A stretch of DNA of 57,926 nt, counting the filler, from Basidiobolus ranarum (Eukaryota), in assembly GCA_040143965.1 (NCBI GenBank). It is 6 parts of 6 records of this genome, joined end to end, with 100 filler letters (N's around TTAATTAATTAA, not from the genome) between each part and the next. Parts side by side here need not be neighbours in the genome. Positions count along the whole stretch, not along the records: positions 9,680 to 19,257 come from JASJQH010007681.1; positions 19,358 to 28,929 come from JASJQH010007682.1; 4 more parts are not named here. One strand, given 5' to 3'. The notes beneath the pieces were generated by a model that had not been told where the DNA came from, made no database searches, and was given only the letters and a program-made list of their open reading frames with translations. The translations under genes were made by a program, and so were the position numbers. Below are positions 12,387 to 24,249 of this stretch, in pieces; the first letter of the stretch is position 1, and every line of letters starts with the position of its first letter.

Positions 12387-14708
12387 TTAAACGCCCTCAT
12401 TATTCAATCTCCGTCTCATGACGTTTCTACGGACCTTCCGGACTGCATTTCCAACTCCTTCATTGGCTTCATATGTCAAGTATGGTACTTGAATTTCTGA
12501 ATCTACCTTTTCGAACCCACCTTCGCGACGACCCATAACGTGATTTAACACATCGCCTTCAATCATAGGCCATACCGGTAGATCCAAATTTCCTTTGACG
12601 ATCCCTGTTACGGCAGATTCTAGAAAGACGCCAGGCAGAGGTGTAATGAAATGGAATTCTTGATCCTGTGGTGAAATTGAGCGTAGAATTGCAAGCCCGT
12701 GACAAGCATATTGAGTTGGGTCTGGTGCATCAGTACTATAAGCAGGTGCAACCTAAAGAATAGTTAGCAGAAATATATTGGTGATTAGATAGTCATTCAT
12801 CAAATACCATATGAGATTCGTCCGATTCTTTTGCGTCCTCAATGTCCTGGGGTTTCTCGGCAATCTCACCAATCGGCCCAGTTTACGCAACCACAGAAGA
12901 GTTCAAAGCATAAAGTAGCTGACTGTAGGGGACATCATCAAACAAAACAGATACGTGAAGATTTTTCCAGTTGATTTTGTATGGTGGGCGAGCAATCAAG
13001 GGATACTTAAAGTCCCACCAGCTCTTACTTCCATCCCACACAGATTTTTGATTTGTATCATGATAGGTGATAGGGTTCATATACATGTAGGAAATCAAAT
13101 TCAAAGTACGCAAATCCGAAGCATGGTATTTTGGAGTGATATCATCAACAGAGCTCAATGGAATTATCTTGGCTTCGCGAGTATTTTCCATCTCATCTAC
13201 GAACTGCTTTGGTAGATCGGCAGGAATATTACGATATGGAATATTAGGTGAATGGAACTGAAAGATGTGAGTTGGAGCAACATATTCTAGCAAATCAATC
13301 AGCAGATCTAGACCCATATCTAAACGTCAAAACTATATTAATAACCGTCGGATGAGCAATTTACTGGTTTCAAGATGCTTACTCTTGACCCACCCTTGTG
13401 TATTGATGACCAGTGGAATTCTGGCTTCTTCTCCATTTGCATCGATTTTACGTGATAATTCTCGGCGATAGACGTTTACAAGTTCTCTTAAGCAGTTCAA
13501 GTAATGTCCAGGGTCATCTCTTGGAGTGGTATTACCAATGAAGTGACTACGGTAGGGTACTTGCAAGTGAGTGAAGGGAGGTCCTAGATGTATCATCCAA
13601 CTTTAGCGAGTGAAAGGTACAGTGTACTTGTAGAGAATATGTTTACCAAACACCGGATTTGACACTAAATTCAAAGAAACCAAGCCGTTGGGAGTGAACT
13701 CCGATTGACCAATGTCGCACTCCAAGTAAGCAATTTCTCTGTATCTAAAGGTCATTGAAGCTATATAAGTTTATGATACACATGTATATTAATCAACACG
13801 ACTTACTCGTTAAGAAGACTGTTGGACAAAAAGCGGGTGAAAGTAGATTTGCCAACTCCTTTAGTACCGCATACAACTATTATAGGGATATTATTCAAGT
13901 CTTCGGGATTTTCATTGACTCCGTCGATCAAACGTTGAACTCCATCAACCCAGTTTTCGGGTGTTCGCATCCAAGGCGTATTAGGGACTCCGATAATCTA
14001 AATGAAATATAAACCAATAAAAACTTAATTAAATCAAAGTACATCAGTTTTCGGGCAACAGTGAGTATACGTACTGGGTAGAATCCAGGGACTTTGAATT
14101 CATATTCCAATAACTCTGGGTGGTTTTGTATAACCTTTCTCCTTTTTGAGGGAGTAAGTCCAGCAAGATCTTCTGTACGGTTGGGATTGAATAACTTGAA
14201 TAATCCTTTGAACATTGGTACTACTGAAGTAATTCCATCAATCCCACACCATTGAATTCCTTTAATCGCAACGATAGTTTCGAAGGGACCATATTTGAGT
14301 AACTTGGTAGTGACTTTAATAATTTCATTCTTTATCTCTGTGCTAGGCTGAGGGGTAGGTACGTCGCGATATCCACGTTTATCGTAAGGTGTGCTTTCAA
14401 TCATCAACAAAGAATACGCTTTTGGAGAAAAAGCGGGATAAAAGTGAACTGGTTCGGCACCTGTAAATTTTTTGGCAGGAGATGATAGAGTATGACCTAA
14501 CAGAGTGAAAGACCCTTGCAGAGCACACACTGCAGCCTGACCTTGGAAGCATAAATTCTAACAAAGCTTGAATACGAGAAATCAACGAGAACTAAACCGA
14601 AAAAAAACAACCAACCTCTCCAGGCTTGAATCCGATAACACATAGATCATAATTATCGGATGTAATAACGTTGTTAGAACAAGGGGTGAAATGAGATATC
14701 GAAGCCAT
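12387..14708 (-). CDS. GRC3: Polynucleotide 5'-hydroxyl kinase Grc3/Nol9 (multi-exon; 5' start uncertain)
   Basis: P-loop VCGTKGVGKSTF, YLECDIGQSEFTPNG, GPPFTHL, PLVINTQGWVK, CHGLAILRSISP, VPYLT...RKVRRNVMRR. Confidence 0.92.
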
Positions 14709-15780
14709 ACCGATATTTACCGTTAAGGTTCCTATGGTAAAGGGTGAAATAATAGAAATACGAAGCCTTCGTAGAAATCATTATTTTTTTTTCTTTTTCT
14801 AGTACACCCTTTTTACACATTTTTCAAGCTTTGCTGCTGATTTTGTATTTTAATCATATTTGAGCGAATGATGAATAATTTATTAGTACATCAAATTGAT
14901 CCTGATTAGGCTATGACTGATCTAGGTTAAGAGTTCACAACATTTGAAACATGCAGCTTTGATACAAACGCGAGTAGATCAAGAACACGCCTTACTTAGG
15001 TTCTGAAAACTTGGCAATGGGGCTGCAATGCCAGATATACTACAAGAATGTACCGCAGCATCCGTTAACTGTCTCTACACCTGAAGTCATGTGGACAATG
15101 TATATAACGTAGAAAGATGATCAAATTTAAGCATTCTACAAACATCATCAACAAACTATATCACGTCAGAGATGTACGGAGTCCCTACTTAACCTACAGA
15201 TCTTTAGCTTACCTAGCCTAGCGGTAGTAATAGTTGACTTATAGTTCGACCGTTCATATTTTGTATTGTTTCATGTTGCCCAATGAAGAGACAGATGGCT
15301 TCTCACATTAGGCACGTTTTTGGTCTGGAGAGTCGAAGTTCTCCAATAAGATCATGATAGATCGTAAGGTTAGGTCGATGCAATTAACGCCGGATTACCT
15401 TAATAGAGTTTCAATGAATTTGATAACCGCTACCTCTTGCCCTAAAACTGCTGACAAACTTGAGACACATTCTATCAGATCATTCATAATACCTTTAGAG
15501 TTGCATATTGCGTACAGAGTGTGAATAAATCCAACATAGCATACTAATAGGAGTCACTCCAAGATATTTACTAAATTCCACTATAACGGCAGTCGGTAAC
15601 AGTTCCTATTGGTCAACTTAAATAGCGGAGTTCAATAATACTACATAGTAGTTGGCATGGCCAGCAGCATTAGAACACCGGTCCGATTGCGAAGCTATTG
15701 ATTCCACAAGGGAATATAAATAGTTCTGAGAGTATAGTCCAAAAAGTGTATCCGCAATCAAGAAGCTTCTATTATATATC

Positions 15781-16353
15781 ATGCTAATCAATCAAGCACG
15801 TATTGAACAGTACAGCCCTGGGGATGATTCCTTATTGCAAATTCGTGAAGCATTAGCGATAACCCTAGCATTACGTGCAGACACTGAGTTCAGTGAGGAA
15901 GAGTTGGTTCCTGCTGATATTCCTGAGGATTTCAAGCATACAGAGACTTTGATTTGGCACACATTGCGTGGTGAAGGAAAGATTGAGCTTGAGCCTTTGA
16001 TTCTCCGTTCTGCCGACGAGAAAAAAGTAGTCATGGTTATTTATTTAGGTTCTAAACTTTGTGGTCACAAAGGTATCATTCATGGAGGGATGCTCGCTTC
16101 TCTATTAGACGAGACACTAGCAAGAACCATTATTCCAAGCTTACCTGGTCGCATCGGTTTCACAGCGAATTTCTCTATTAATTATCGTCGTCCTACATTT
16201 GCCAACGACTTTGTAGTAATCCGAGCAGAGGTGGATAAAATTGATGGCAGAAAGGGATTTGTTAAAGGTCAAATAGAAGACATTAAGGGAAATGTTCTGG
16301 TTGATTCCGAGGCTCTATTTATTGCTCCAAATACTGCACGAGCTACATCTTAG
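15781..16353 (+). CDS. PaaI/hotdog-fold thioesterase (Fmp10/THEM4-like)
   Basis: TLRGEGKI, YLGSKLCGHKGIIHGGMLASLLDETLAR, FTANFSINYRRP, GRKGFVKGQI. Confidence 0.92.
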   Translation: MLINQARIEQYSPGDDSLLQIREALAITLALRADTEFSEEELVPADIPEDFKHTETLIWHTLRGEGKIELEPLILRSADEKKVVMVIYLGSKLCGHKGIIHGGMLASLLDETLARTIIPSLPGRIGFTANFSINYRRPTFANDFVVIRAEVDKIDGRKGFVKGQIEDIKGNVLVDSEALFIAPNTARATS

Positions 16354-19257
16354 TTAACTTGCAGGAACTCTCCCAAAGAGACAAATATAATATAACACCT
16401 ATCACTTATTTCAATGGATTGAGCTCAATAATAAAACAGTCTAGTCACAACATTCACATTTAGAAGTTTCGTGTTTTCAGCTATACTTGATCACCTCTAC
16501 CCTTTGATTTGACAGTAATAATGTTGTTTCTTGATCAATAGTCAGAAACGAATCTTTTGTCATTTTCATAATTCTATATTTGCAATCAAAAACTTTGAAG
16601 AGCTATATGAAACATTCAGGGTCATGATCCACCACATACCTGTCAAGTGTGGTTCCACCCTGTAATGATTGAATCCCTTCTCCCGCAGCAATATTACTAC
16701 TTCCATTGCAAGTACTCTCTAGCTGCACTCCCATACTCTTTTAAGATCATGAGAATGGCAAGAATCCCGATATTCAGAAACACAGTGATTTTGATGTAAA
16801 AAGTGTAGAAAGTTCTCGAAATAACGCAACTACGTGTGCAGAATACTGGAGTACTTGATATTTATCACTGTCCTTTGTAGCTTCTTCTCGATGAAGGTCT
16901 GTAGCACGGTAATATGGTTGTTAGCCGCGACCTCTTTGTCAAGTTTCCTCACCATTCGTAGAGATCAAGGCCTTCGGTGAGCTCTCTGATACATGCTTGG
17001 ATTGAGGATAGTTTCTCCATGAGCTCTAGTTTACTATTCTACTGAGTTTGAGAGTACAAGTAGGCGTTATAAAAAATCCACACAACAATCAGGCAGTCAC
17101 TTAACGCTATTAAGAGGCATTTAGTGCATAGTTCATCAATGCTATCGAATGGTAGCATTGCTAAAATTCTATTCCTAGGACCATGGTTCTCATCGATATT
17201 TGATTAGTCATGCTAATTTCATTCGCTTTATTGTTTCATACCACAACAATATTCTTTGTAATACCATTCATATTGAACTGATAACTGTCTCATTGAAGAC
17301 TCTGGAGCATTCCTTACAACATTAGCTCAGGATATGTTACGTTGCTCGTGCTGTTCGTCAATACATCCCATTTTAGCTATGCGTTATGTTGCCTTCACAG
17401 AAGTTGCAAGCGGACAGAATTTCTGCTCACACTTCTGAATAATTCGCTAACCTGTGATTTGTCCAAGTTAGACGATCTGTGGGATATTGATATCATTCAG
17501 CAGTTTCAAATCAGTATATATGGACTAAGATGAGCTCCAATACTAAGATCCTTATTCATCTGGACATTGTAACGTCACAAGCTATCTATGCGACATAGTA
17601 CATAACATACTCAAAGTGGTTGCGTTGATTGGCATGACGAAAACGCGCAAATATACCCAGGCTGACTATTTTCAGAAAGAAAAAACTTCGATGAGATATT
17701 ACTCAACACAAAGAAATAAGAGTAGGAAATGGAAACCATATTAAAATAAGTGGATCATTCAAAGTAAATACTCAACCTAATTTGTGTGCGTCAACCACTA
17801 TTTGGTTGAGAGGAGTGAGTGGTTAGCAGTTCTCCTACAGAGTATATTCAGACGCATCTTTTAGAGACTAAGAATCTAACCAAACCCATACTGCGTAACA
17901 TTCCTGAGTCTTCAAACCTTTTCATTGCACCCCCTATTTACAATAAGAAGTGCTACATACTTTCCACAACTTAATAATAGCCTTAGGAAAGCCAGATGAG
18001 CATATTAAAAACGTATTAATATGATCTCTAGTTGGAAACTCCACAATGTTTTCCTACTCTGAATTGATTGGTTTGATCTAATACTTAGTTTGTGGAGGTA
18101 TCTTCAACATCCATAATTCAAAAGGTTGTTTCAGACAGTAGAATAGATAAGCAATTTCAAAGTACCGTTCACTGAGCAAATTTGAAGTTAGGAGCCGAGG
18201 CGAAGGCTGTTGAGAAGAAGCGAAGTTATATTATTCTGATATACTCTACCCCGGATTACTGGGGAAATGTGGGCGATAGCACTAGACTGAACAGTATTTA
18301 CTTATACAGGGATTAATATTTCGGAGTATGTAATGTATTGATAGCATCGAAGATTTTTCGTAGTCATAATAGTATAACCACTCTATTGTAATAGAATATA
18401 AATTTAGGCCAGTTAAAACATATTTTATTTACTTAACATTACGCATATTTGGCAACTGATGAGTTTTGTGTTGTGTTGTGCATTTCCTTTTACTCCCAAT
18501 AGAAGTAACTCAAACCTGGGTGTGACTGTATTTTAGACAGTGCTTCATATGATATAATTCCCTCATGTATCTAGATATTGTTTAGACCCTGTAAATCTAA
18601 AATGAGAAACGTGTGCAGACAAGCCGTGGTTTACAAAATATTGTAAGCCGGAAATACCCATAGATTCATCTGGTATTAAGATGATGTGCAGTAGTAGTTA
18701 ATAATAGCTGTCAAATTAGGTGTATCGCCCTCGGAGCTTATATTTACACTTTCATAAATCGAAAAAGACTAAGAGGTACACACATTAGCTATGAGAGATT
18801 GTAACTCCAAAATGTTCTACGGGCAAGTAAGGATGAGTATTAGGCTACCTGTGTATAAAATACAATTGCAGTTCGACCTTTACCTAACTACATAGACACC
18901 AGTTAGGTTCAATTTCTCTCGATTGACGAGATAAATTATCAAGGGTTTCGTATGATTGATTCTAAATATTAAAGTAATGCATGAAAATGGTTACTTATTT
19001 TACCCTCACTTTAGAAGGATTATTTTTACTACTTGGTATGTGTCTGCTCGATAATTATATTCTAAGATCCAATCACTTACGAAATGTGGTTACTGGTTGT
19101 ATTCATAAGTAAAGTCCTTTTCGAGGCTTTTAATGGGTTGGGAAGAGTTATTAATACTAACTATACATCACATTGATATTTATATACGACTACAGGCGCA
19201 GGGATCGTGATGGCTTTGAAAGACGTAGATCTGGTGACAGAGATTACCATAGAGAAT

Positions 19258-19357
19258 NNNNNNNNNNNNNNNNNNNNNNNNNNNNNNNNNNNNNNNNNNN
19301 NTTAATTAATTAANNNNNNNNNNNNNNNNNNNNNNNNNNNNNNNNNNNNNNNNNNNN
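19258..19357. other. Artificial contig spacer
   Basis: N run with TTAATTAATTAA. Confidence 0.99.
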
Positions 19358-20194
19358 TTAAGGCTACAGTCATGCAGACTGGGGAAGAAACCTTGATGAT
19401 AGAAGATCAACAACTGGGTACACTTTTCTCAATGGTAAAGGAGCCATAACTTGGAATAGTAAGAAGCAACCAACCATTGCACTTTCCACTACAGAAGCAG
19501 AGTATATGGCTGCCTCTGCTACTACACAAAAAGCTATGTGGTTAAGGAAGTTATTTACAGACTTATAATACATGAAAAAATGTGCTATTACTGTATTTGA
19601 AGATAATCAAAGTTGTATTTCATTAGCTAAAGATCCTGCATTTCATGCTAGAACAAAACATATAGATGTTAGCATAATTTTGGTAGAGAAGCAATAGAGA
19701 ATGATATAATTGAACTTGCCTATTGCCCTGCTGAAGAAATGATAGCTGATATCTTAACCAAACCTTTAGCTAAAGCACAATTTAAATTATTAAGATCTAA
19801 GTTAGGTTTGAGAGAAATACAAAATAATTAGTTGACTGGGAATGTTGAAATCAGGTACATAGCAACACATAATTTAGTAGTTAGTTTATTCTTATTCTGA
19901 TTATTTAGTACTCAATTCTGTCATTCAAAATTGTGTGTTTATTGCTCTAAATGATGGAAATATCAATTAGATTACTTTTAACAATTTTCACTATTTTCTC
20001 AAAACTTCTCCAAATCCCCTCAAATTTTCACCCATGCTTAACAGGCTTGTTTGTTATGATCTAAGCACGTCCAATAGTTCTATTTTATAGTAAACTATAA
20101 ATAGGACATAATCAATTCAACAAAACTTAAGTATCTAATTCACAAATGCAAATCTTGTCCAAAACACTTCCAAATCCCCTGAACACTTTTAACA
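19358..20194 (+). mobile_element. Copia element A: degenerate RNase H plus 3' LTR (19843-20194, LTR family Y)
   Basis: ADWGRNLDDRRSTTGY...WNSKKQPTIALSTTEAEYMA...EDNQSCI...HARTKHID with a stop and frameshift; degraded PPT; TGTTG...TAACA LTR. Confidence 0.92.
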
Positions 20195-21611
20195 GGCTTG
20201 AAGTTAAACATGATGTAAAACATTTGAGAGACTTTGGATGCATTGCTTATTTCAAAACTATTACCAAAAATTGGTCTAAATTTAATCCAAAAAGTAAGAA
20301 ATGCATATTTATGGGTTATTGTACCCAGACTAAGGCCTACAGACTCTATGATAATAACATTTCCAAGTTAATCAGGTCCAGGATGTTTTGTTTAATGAAA
20401 ATGAAAATCTTCCCCTGTAATGACCCAGGTGATGACAAAAACCAATTTCCTCCTGATGCAATCATTAATATTCATTTTGAACTACCACAAGGAAGAGAAT
20501 AACATTCATGCAGACCCTGCAACCAAGACTCTGTTTACTGGAGTACCACCAAAATATCTGAAGCTGTAGTACCTTTATCCCAAACCAAGAGATCCAATTG
20601 GATTGGATATAGCCCAGGTTACTATACCAATGAGTCCCAAAATTGGGCCTATGCCTGCAGAACCAAGTACATGATCTCCGGACTATAAAAGAGACCCTGA
20701 ATGGCCCTCACATAAAATTTGGAGATCAGCAATGGTTGACAAGTACCAAGCTTTGTTTGTTAACATAACTTGCATTTTAACCAACTTATCTGATGATGAA
20801 AAATGAATTGGTTGCCAATGGTTATTTAAAGTTGGGTACATCTCTGATGGCAATATTGGAAGGTCAAGGCTAGACTAGTAACCAAAGGCCATTCCCAAAT
20901 ACCAGCAATGATTTAACAAAATGTTTTGCTCCTGTAGCAAAGTTTAGTTCAATAAAATTGATTTTAGCCATTTCACCTAAACATCACTTAATTATACACC
21001 AAATCGATGTTAAAACAGCTTTTTTGAATAGTGAGCTTGCTGAGGAGATCTGTACAGATTGGCCAGACTGATTCGTGTAACCAGAAATTCCTAAAAAAGC
21101 TTGCAAACTTCAGAAAACACTCTGTAGCTTAAAACAATATCTGAGAGCTTTGAATAGCAGTATAGAGGCTTTTTTGGGAATAATCAAAATCTAAAGGAAT
21201 AATGTGACTATAATATCTACTTCAGGTCAGATCAGACAAACCCAGCTTTACAGGCCTTATATTTAGATGACCTTATTGTGGCAACCAATGACTAGAAGAC
21301 TTTGAACAAAACCAAATCCAGCCTATCAGCCAAGTTCGGCAGTAACAGATCAGGGTTAACTGACATTCCATCTTGAAGTCCCAATTAAGATTGAAAGACC
21401 TATATAAACAATAACTTTGAACCAGCCCAAGTGTATTGTAGATATTCAAAAGATTCTTAAAATGGAAGAATGTAATCCAGTATCTATTCCAATGGAGACA
21501 ATCCATAACTTATTCAAAAACAGTGCAACCTGACATTCTTGGATTCAAATGACAGTGAGAACTTTCCTTATCAATATATGTTTGTAGCTCAAGGCATACC
21601 ATGGTTGGGAC
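20195..21611 (+). mobile_element. Copia element B: decayed integrase C-terminus and RT, bounded by insertions of A and C
   Basis: HLRDFGCIAY...SKKCIFMGYCTQTKAYRLYD; KARLV; HQIDVKTAFLN; LYLDDLIV; many stops and frameshifts. Confidence 0.9.
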
Positions 21612-24249
21612 TGTTGAAATTAGGAAAAAAGCAACTCATTATATAGTAGTTGGTTTACACATATTCCGAATATTTAGCACTCAATTCTGCCATTTAAAAA
21701 TGTGTGTTTATAACTCTAATTGATAGAAATATCAATCAGATCACTTTTACCATTTTTCACTATTTTTCAAAACTTCTCTAAATCACCTAAACTTTTGCCC
21801 ACACTTAACAGGCATGTTTGCTATAATCTAAGCACACCAATGGTCCTATTGCATAGTAAGCTGTTAGTAGGACATATTCAATTCAATAAAACTTAAGTGT
21901 CTGATTCACAAATTCAACTCTTCTCCATTTCACTTTCAAATCCCCTAAACACTTTTAGCAGGTTATGAGTGCTAAGCTAGCGGTTAAAGGAATGTGTACC
22001 TGTGCTTTTACCAAGATTTTTGCATTCACAGAGAAGTTTGATGGTGAAGACTTTCACCTTAGGAAGATTAAGATGCAAATGATGCTAGAAGCCAAGGACC
22101 TTTGAGGATTTGTCACATGAAAAGAAATAGAGCCAAATGGACCACCAGAAGCTATCCTTGCCTTTCAGAAGAAGCAGAGGAAAGAACTCCCTGCACTTTG
22201 TCTACATCTCAGAAACTCTCAATTGAGGTACATACAATCAGCCAAAAAATATGCAAGCTGCTTGGGAAACACTTGGGGGACTAAAAGAGACAAAAGGTCT
22301 GGTTAATTGGCTATATCTTGGGTAAGAGTTATTCTCAATTCAGATAAATTCTGATGATTCTATGCTTAATCATATAAATTGGATAAACATTTTGGCAGAT
22401 CAGCTCTCATCCATTGCAGCACCACTAAACAAAGATGACTTAGTCATGATACTACTTGGGAACCAGCCAGATGGACTTGAGAACCTCATAATTGCCATAG
22501 AATCAAGATCAAAGCCATTAACAATGGAACATGTATGTACTAGTCTTCTGATTGAGATATTAAGGAGATCTAATTCTCAACAAATTAATGCAGAACAGGC
22601 ATTTATTGGAGCTGTGAAATGTTCAACAAGCTTCAATAATGGTGCCCCTAATAGGAAATCAATCATCTGCAAGTATTGTAAGAAACCAGGCTATTTAATC
22701 AAAGATTGCAGAAAAAAGATTTGTGCCAAAAGGTTAATGTTGGAATAAGTAAATCAAGTAAGCATTGATAGCAATCATCTATTTGTTTCTGCCCCATTAG
22801 TAACTATTAGAGAACAATCAGTAATGTGGTGCATTGATTCAGGGGCTTTCCAACATATATCAAACAAGAAAGATTGATTTTCCAGCTTAAAACCCATCCT
22901 GAAATCAAAAGTCTACTTGGGTGATGACTATGCACTAGAGGTAGTAGGTAAGGATACAGTTGTGCTCAATCTAGACTAAAAATCAGCTACACTATCTCCA
23001 AAATTGGATGATGTATTCTATGCACCAAGTATAGGCAAGAATCTACTCTCAGTAAGCCAAGCAACAGCTCAAGGACTAAGTTTTGTGCTGGACAAGGCTA
23101 GATGCACTATCACAGATCAGAAGAGCACCAAATCAACAACTGGGATCACAACTCAAAACTTATACAAGCTAGAAATCTCCATATTGCACTCTGAGCATGC
23201 AAACTTGGCCAAAACTGGTGAAATAAGTTGGGAAGCATGGCATAAAAGATTATGCCACCTTAAGAAACAAAAACTGACCCTAAAAATCTGAAATCAGCTT
23301 TTTTTGGACATAGAAATTGAAGATATCACTAAATTGGTTCCATGTGAAGTTTGCAAATATGGAAAATATTACTGACAATTGGTTTCAACATCTGGAGGGC
23401 TTGAATCCACTCATAATTTTGCCGTGATTCATTCTGATCTATGTGGGCCCATCACAAATGTCTCACTAGGTGGGAAAAGGTACTTTATGACCTTTATTGG
23501 TTACAAAAGAAGATATACTTGGATAGTCTTTTACACATCATAATCAGAAGCCTTAGCTACATTCAAGTACTACAAGGCAATGGTGGAGCCAGAATCAGTG
23601 CAAAAAAAAGGGTACTAAGGAGTGCTAATGATGGAGAATACTGCTCTAAAGACCTTGGTAGTTTCTGTTCTAAACATGGAATTAAGCAACAAACTATGGT
23701 ACCTTATATTCCACCGCAAAATAGAGTTGCAGAATATACTAATAGGACCATAGTGGAGATGGGAAGATCAATGTTACAAGATCAAAAGTTAGATCACAAA
23801 TATTGGGCTGAATCCATCTCCACTGCTGTCTATATCTCAAACAGATGCCCAATAAGACTGCTACAAATTTCTACCCTATTTGAAGCCCTCTATAGATCAA
23901 AACTAAGTGTCAATACTCTTTGGATCTTTGGATTTACAGCATATTGCCTGATTCCAGCTCAAAAATGTTCTAAACAGGAATCCAAAAGCTAAAAATGTAT
24001 AGTTCAAGGTTACTGTGATGAATACAAGGCCTACAGACTGTTTGATATCTAAAACAGAAGTGAATTAAGTTTAGAACAGTGATATTTGATAAAGCACATT
24101 TTTCACCTAAAACCATAGTCCTTGATCTTGAAAATGCAATCAGCACTATTAAGGAAGTGTGTGACAAAAATTCAGCTGTATCTGAGCCATATTCAACTAA
24201 AACTCTAGGCCTAATTACATCAAAGGTTGACTCAGGACCCAGAAGATCT
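21612..24249 (+). mobile_element. Copia element C: 5' LTR (21612-21960), PBS, decayed gag-protease-integrase; RT/RH and 3' LTR missing
   Basis: LTR family Y; GGTTATGAG PBS; gag zinc knuckle CKYCKKPGYLIKDC; WCIDSGA protease; WHKRLCH; LRSANDGEY...PPQNRVAE integrase. Confidence 0.93.
21961..21972 (+). promoter_or_regulatory. Primer-binding site, Ty5/copia half-tRNA(iMet) type
   Basis: GGTTATGAGTGC immediately after the LTR's CA; compare Ty5 GGTTATGAGCCC. Confidence 0.8.

Noticed and set aside
16600..19257. Splice-like signals and short peptide-like stretches suggesting decayed multi-exon genes
   Set aside because: No consistent reading frame or recognisable family could be assembled.
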